A program made the position numbers and the translations under genes. The notes under the pieces were generated by a model. It had not been told where the DNA came from and did no database searches. It saw nothing but the letters and a program-made list of their open reading frames with translations. From contig JBEPZY010000006.1 of assembly GCA_041640595.1 (NCBI GenBank), forward strand, positions 64,001-128,000: a DNA stretch of 64,000 nt. The letters run 5' to 3'. Numbering within the stretch: the first letter of the stretch is position 1; each line of letters starts with the position of its first letter. This DNA is from Gemmatales bacterium (GTDB lineage: Bacteria > Planctomycetota > Planctomycetia > Gemmatales > HRBIN36). This document shows, piece after piece, positions 61,113 to 64,000 of the stretch.

Positions 61113-61760
61113 ATGGCACCAACTGCTAAGGTCTATGTTGTGGACGACGATCCGGCAGTCGGAGACTCTTTGCGATTTTTGCTCAAATCTGTGGGACTCG
61201 AGGCAGATGTATTTGCCAGTGCTGAGCAGTTCCTCGCTCATTACGATCCGGAGCGGAGCGGATGCCTGGTTCTGGACGTTCGTATGCCAGGAATGAGTGG
61301 GCTGGAGTTGCAGGAAGAATTGCAGCGTCGCGGCTGGATTTTGCCTATCGTGATCCTGACCGCTCATGGGGACGTGCCAGCAGTCGCACGCGCTTTCAAA
61401 AACGGGGCCTCCGAAGTCCTGCAAAAACCCTGCAGCGACCAGCAACTGCTCGATGCCGTCAACAAAGCCCTCCGCTACGATCTGAAGTCTCGGCAAGAGC
61501 GAACCCGGCTACAGGCCATCGCCAGTCGGCTTGAAACCCTCAGTCGGCGGGAACTGGAGGTGCTTCGACTGATCGTCGCCGGATTATCCAGCCGGGAAAT
61601 CGCCCAGCGGTTGCGTATCCAGAGTAAAACCGTGGAGTCGCACCGAATGAAAATTATGCATAAGCTCCAGGCCAAAAACGTTGCCGATCTGGTTCGGCAA
61701 GTCACCGAACTGGCTCACAGTCCGTGGTTCGCACAGTGGCGGTCCCTGCTTACGGAATAA
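61113..61760 (+). CDS. FixJ/LuxR-family response regulator
   Basis: VVDDD, LDVRMPGMSG, LTAHGD and KP; LuxR HTH (LSRRE.EVL...KTVE.HR). Confidence 0.94.
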   Translation: MAPTAKVYVVDDDPAVGDSLRFLLKSVGLEADVFASAEQFLAHYDPERSGCLVLDVRMPGMSGLELQEELQRRGWILPIVILTAHGDVPAVARAFKNGASEVLQKPCSDQQLLDAVNKALRYDLKSRQERTRLQAIASRLETLSRRELEVLRLIVAGLSSREIAQRLRIQSKTVESHRMKIMHKLQAKNVADLVRQVTELAHSPWFAQWRSLLTE

Positions 61761-61801
61761 GCAGCCGTTTACTTGCAGACACCCTGATCGGAACGCCCGG
61801 T

Positions 61802-62110
61802 TCATGGATTCGCAGCCCCACCTAGCTCCCGGCGGAGTTGAGTCTCCAGGTCGCGCAATCGTACCAGTTGAACATCACGAACGTTAGGTTCAAACCGATA
61901 AACCGCCGGCTCGCCGAGGTATTCCCCAGGAGCGAGGCGGCATCGCTTCTGGCTCTGCAATGCCCGCTGGTACCAGACACGCAAGTGCTCTGCGCAGGTC
62001 AGTCCGTAGGTTTTGAGTTCGTGGGTTATTCCATCGCTCCACTCGGCGGCGATCTTATACACCGCCGGTTGACCGCAACCGGGTTGGTAGCAAAGCACCG
62101 GATACCGCAT
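61802..62110 (-). CDS. Small conserved hypothetical protein with putative Zn ligands
   Basis: CYQPGC...CAEH pattern; start MRYPVLC. Confidence 0.7.
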   Translation of the reverse strand: MRYPVLCYQPGCGQPAVYKIAAEWSDGITHELKTYGLTCAEHLRVWYQRALQSQKRCRLAPGEYLGEPAVYRFEPNVRDVQLVRLRDLETQLRRELGGAANP

Positions 62111-62118
62111 CGGGTGGG

Positions 62119-62256
62119 TAGTGACCAGCGACCAGTGGTCAGTCATCGCGATATTCCCCGCCTGCTATTTATGCAATGGAATCGCCATTCCGGCGACAAG
62201 ATGCCTTATCAGGTGGCCGGTCGTCAGGGGTCAGTGATCAGTGGCCAGTGGTCAGG
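62119..62256 (+). repeat. Two tracts of degenerate heptanucleotide repeats (consensus CAGTGGT)
   Basis: TAGTGAC CAGCGAC CAGTGGT CAGTCAT (62119-62146) and AGGTGGC CGGTCGT CAGGGGT CAGTGAT CAGTGGC CAGTGGT (62211-62252). Confidence 0.75.
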
Positions 62257-62416
62257 TATGGGGACGGGTTCAAGACGAAGTTGGCACTGGTCGCGTTTCA
62301 CCGGGCCGATGCCCGTGCGATTACTCGCAGAGTGGGAGACTAAGCACGATTTGCGTGCGCCCTGATCGGTAAAAAGTTGCCAGGTTGGTTGCCGATGCTA
62401 TCCCTGCCCTACCCAT

Positions 62417-63187
62417 TCAGGGCTTTTCAGGCGGACATCCACCAGAACCCTGGTCAGGATAGGGTAACGGTTCTTTGCGTAATTGGGCGAGTGCATTAGC
62501 GGCGGCTTTCTGTTCCGCATCTTTCTTGCTGCGCCCCCAGGCAGGAGCGAAACGCTCCTTCCCCACCACAGCCACTACCTGGAAACATTTGCAATGGTCC
62601 GGGCCTTTTTCGTCCAGGACCTGGTACACGGGCGTCACGCCAAATTGTTTTTGTGCTAATTGCTGCAAGAGCGATTTGGCATTCTCATACTGTGCAGTGC
62701 TGGCCAGGCGTTCCAGGAATGGCCCGACATGTTGCAGCACCCACGAACGTGCTACCTCCAGCCCACCGTCCAGGTAAATTGCTCCGATCAGCGACTCGAA
62801 AACATCGCCCAGCAGATTCCTGGGTAACGGACCAGCCCGACCAATACCGGGCCCAACACGCAAAAACCGATCCAGACCGAGTTGCTGTGCCAGCTGAGCA
62901 CACGTTTGCCGACTTACCACAACCGATTTCAGCTTGGTCAGTTCCCCCACCATGTACTGCGGGTATCTGTGAAACAATTGTTCACAAACCACCAAGCCGA
63001 GTACCGCGTCGCCAAGGAATTCCAGCCGTTCGTTCGAGGCGAGCCGGTCGGTTGCGCCTGACGCATGGGTCAAGGCTGCCTGCAACAACTCCGGCTGGCG
63101 GAAACGGTAACCGATCACCTCCTGGCACTGCTCTAAAAACTCGCTCTGGACGCCCGTCGCATCAGCCAGCGGTGTTTCGTCTGCCAT
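62417..63187 (-). CDS. rnc: Ribonuclease III
   Basis: [12 protein letters not shown] and [12 protein letters not shown] motifs; dsRBD (GPDH, G.SKK.AEQ.AA). Confidence 0.97.
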   Translation of the reverse strand: MADETPLADATGVQSEFLEQCQEVIGYRFRQPELLQAALTHASGATDRLASNERLEFLGDAVLGLVVCEQLFHRYPQYMVGELTKLKSVVVSRQTCAQLAQQLGLDRFLRVGPGIGRAGPLPRNLLGDVFESLIGAIYLDGGLEVARSWVLQHVGPFLERLASTAQYENAKSLLQQLAQKQFGVTPVYQVLDEKGPDHCKCFQVVAVVGKERFAPAWGRSKKDAEQKAAANALAQLRKEPLPYPDQGSGGCPPEKP

Positions 63188-63684
63188 GGCAAATTAGTGT
63201 TATGGTAGCGCTCCCGGCAAGCCTACCGGCAGGGCTAAGCGCTATCGCTGCGTGCCTGGACAATACTTTCCCGTGGCTGCAAACGAGGTGCCTTCTCCTA
63301 GCCGCTAACAGGCTCCATGCCCTTGAGGCTGGTTCACCGTAGCAGCTATTTCAACACCGAAGCCATCATCCGCCGCACTCCGTTCTCAGGGCGCGGTTGA
63401 CGGCTGCAGGAGCAATGAGCGGGAGAAAACACCTCACCTTGCAGAGGGTCCCCGCAGCCGTCAGGCAGACGGTTTGCCCTGCATTCACCGGCTGCCTGAC
63501 CACTGCACTCAAAGGCATTATTGTCGCCCCTACCTCCCCGGTCAACCCTGTCCGTAATACGGATGCAGGCCCGGTTCAGGAATGTGGCAAGGTGTGCACC
63601 ACGAAATGCCACCGCTGGCAGCGGTCACCAATTCGTCCAGATGAGCTGTCCCAGAGGCTAACAAGCTCTTTGCGGCATTCGCCT

Positions 63685-63768
63685 TTACTCTCGTTTACGC
63701 ACGAACAGGTAATACAGAGCAGCAATGGCAAGAATAGCAGCAATGGCGACAAGGATTTCCGTGCTCAC
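63685..63768 (-). CDS. Putative 27-aa single-TM small protein
   Basis: GAGGGG RBS then GTG: MSTEILVAIAAILAIAALYYLFVRKRE*. Confidence 0.5.
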   Translation of the reverse strand: MSTEILVAIAAILAIAALYYLFVRKRE

Positions 63769-64000
63769 AGGTCCCCTCAAGGCTAAAAGGGAATTTTCAT
63801 CAGCGGTACCGGTTTCCTTTTTCACGCAGCACGCCGAAACAGAGCGTGCAACATCCGTCGCTGAATTCATGACAATTTCGGGTGGCGTCAGGGATTTATC
63901 GCAGACGTTATATTGGATTTCCTGGCACCGGCCAGCATACGTGCTTGCCGAAAGGCAAACAACGATCCTTAGCCCTTCTCCGGCAATGACTTACAACAAC

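Noticed and set aside
63346..63786. ORFs 63346-63612 (-) and 63397-63786 (+)
   Set aside because: No motifs and atypical composition; likely non-coding

Overview
Chromosomal window of a Planctomycetota bacterium, probably Gemmatales-like. The assignment rests on the DUF1501/DUF1559 genes, the extended SecE, the PVC-type EF-Tu switch I and the giant planctomycete membrane proteins. Bases 1-11.2 kb carry the core translation/transcription cluster on the minus strand: tRNA-Ser, Tyr, Gly, Thr, tuf, rpmG, tRNA-Trp, secE, nusG, rplK, rplA, rplJ, rplL, and rpoB (truncated by the window edge). The rest is mostly housekeeping and planctomycete-typical genes (rnr, ECF sigma, ribF, queA, suhB, glgE, ffh, tyrA, purL, a FixL/FixJ-like pair, rnc). 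The most unusual region is 13.65-17.3 kb, between rnr and an ECF sigma. A repeat-rich 640-nt intergenic region precedes a two-gene operon. The first gene encodes one TM helix plus a single SAVED/CARF-like half-domain; the second encodes a CorA/RMD1-like membrane protein. This operon converges on a clear homologue of its second gene. It looks like an orphan, nucleotide-second-messenger-gated membrane effector (defence-like) module, with no cyclase or Cas10 in the window. A second notable locus is a 10.9-kb pair of giant membrane-anchored proteins built from three homologous ~1100-aa modules. All family calls are by eye; no database searches were run.
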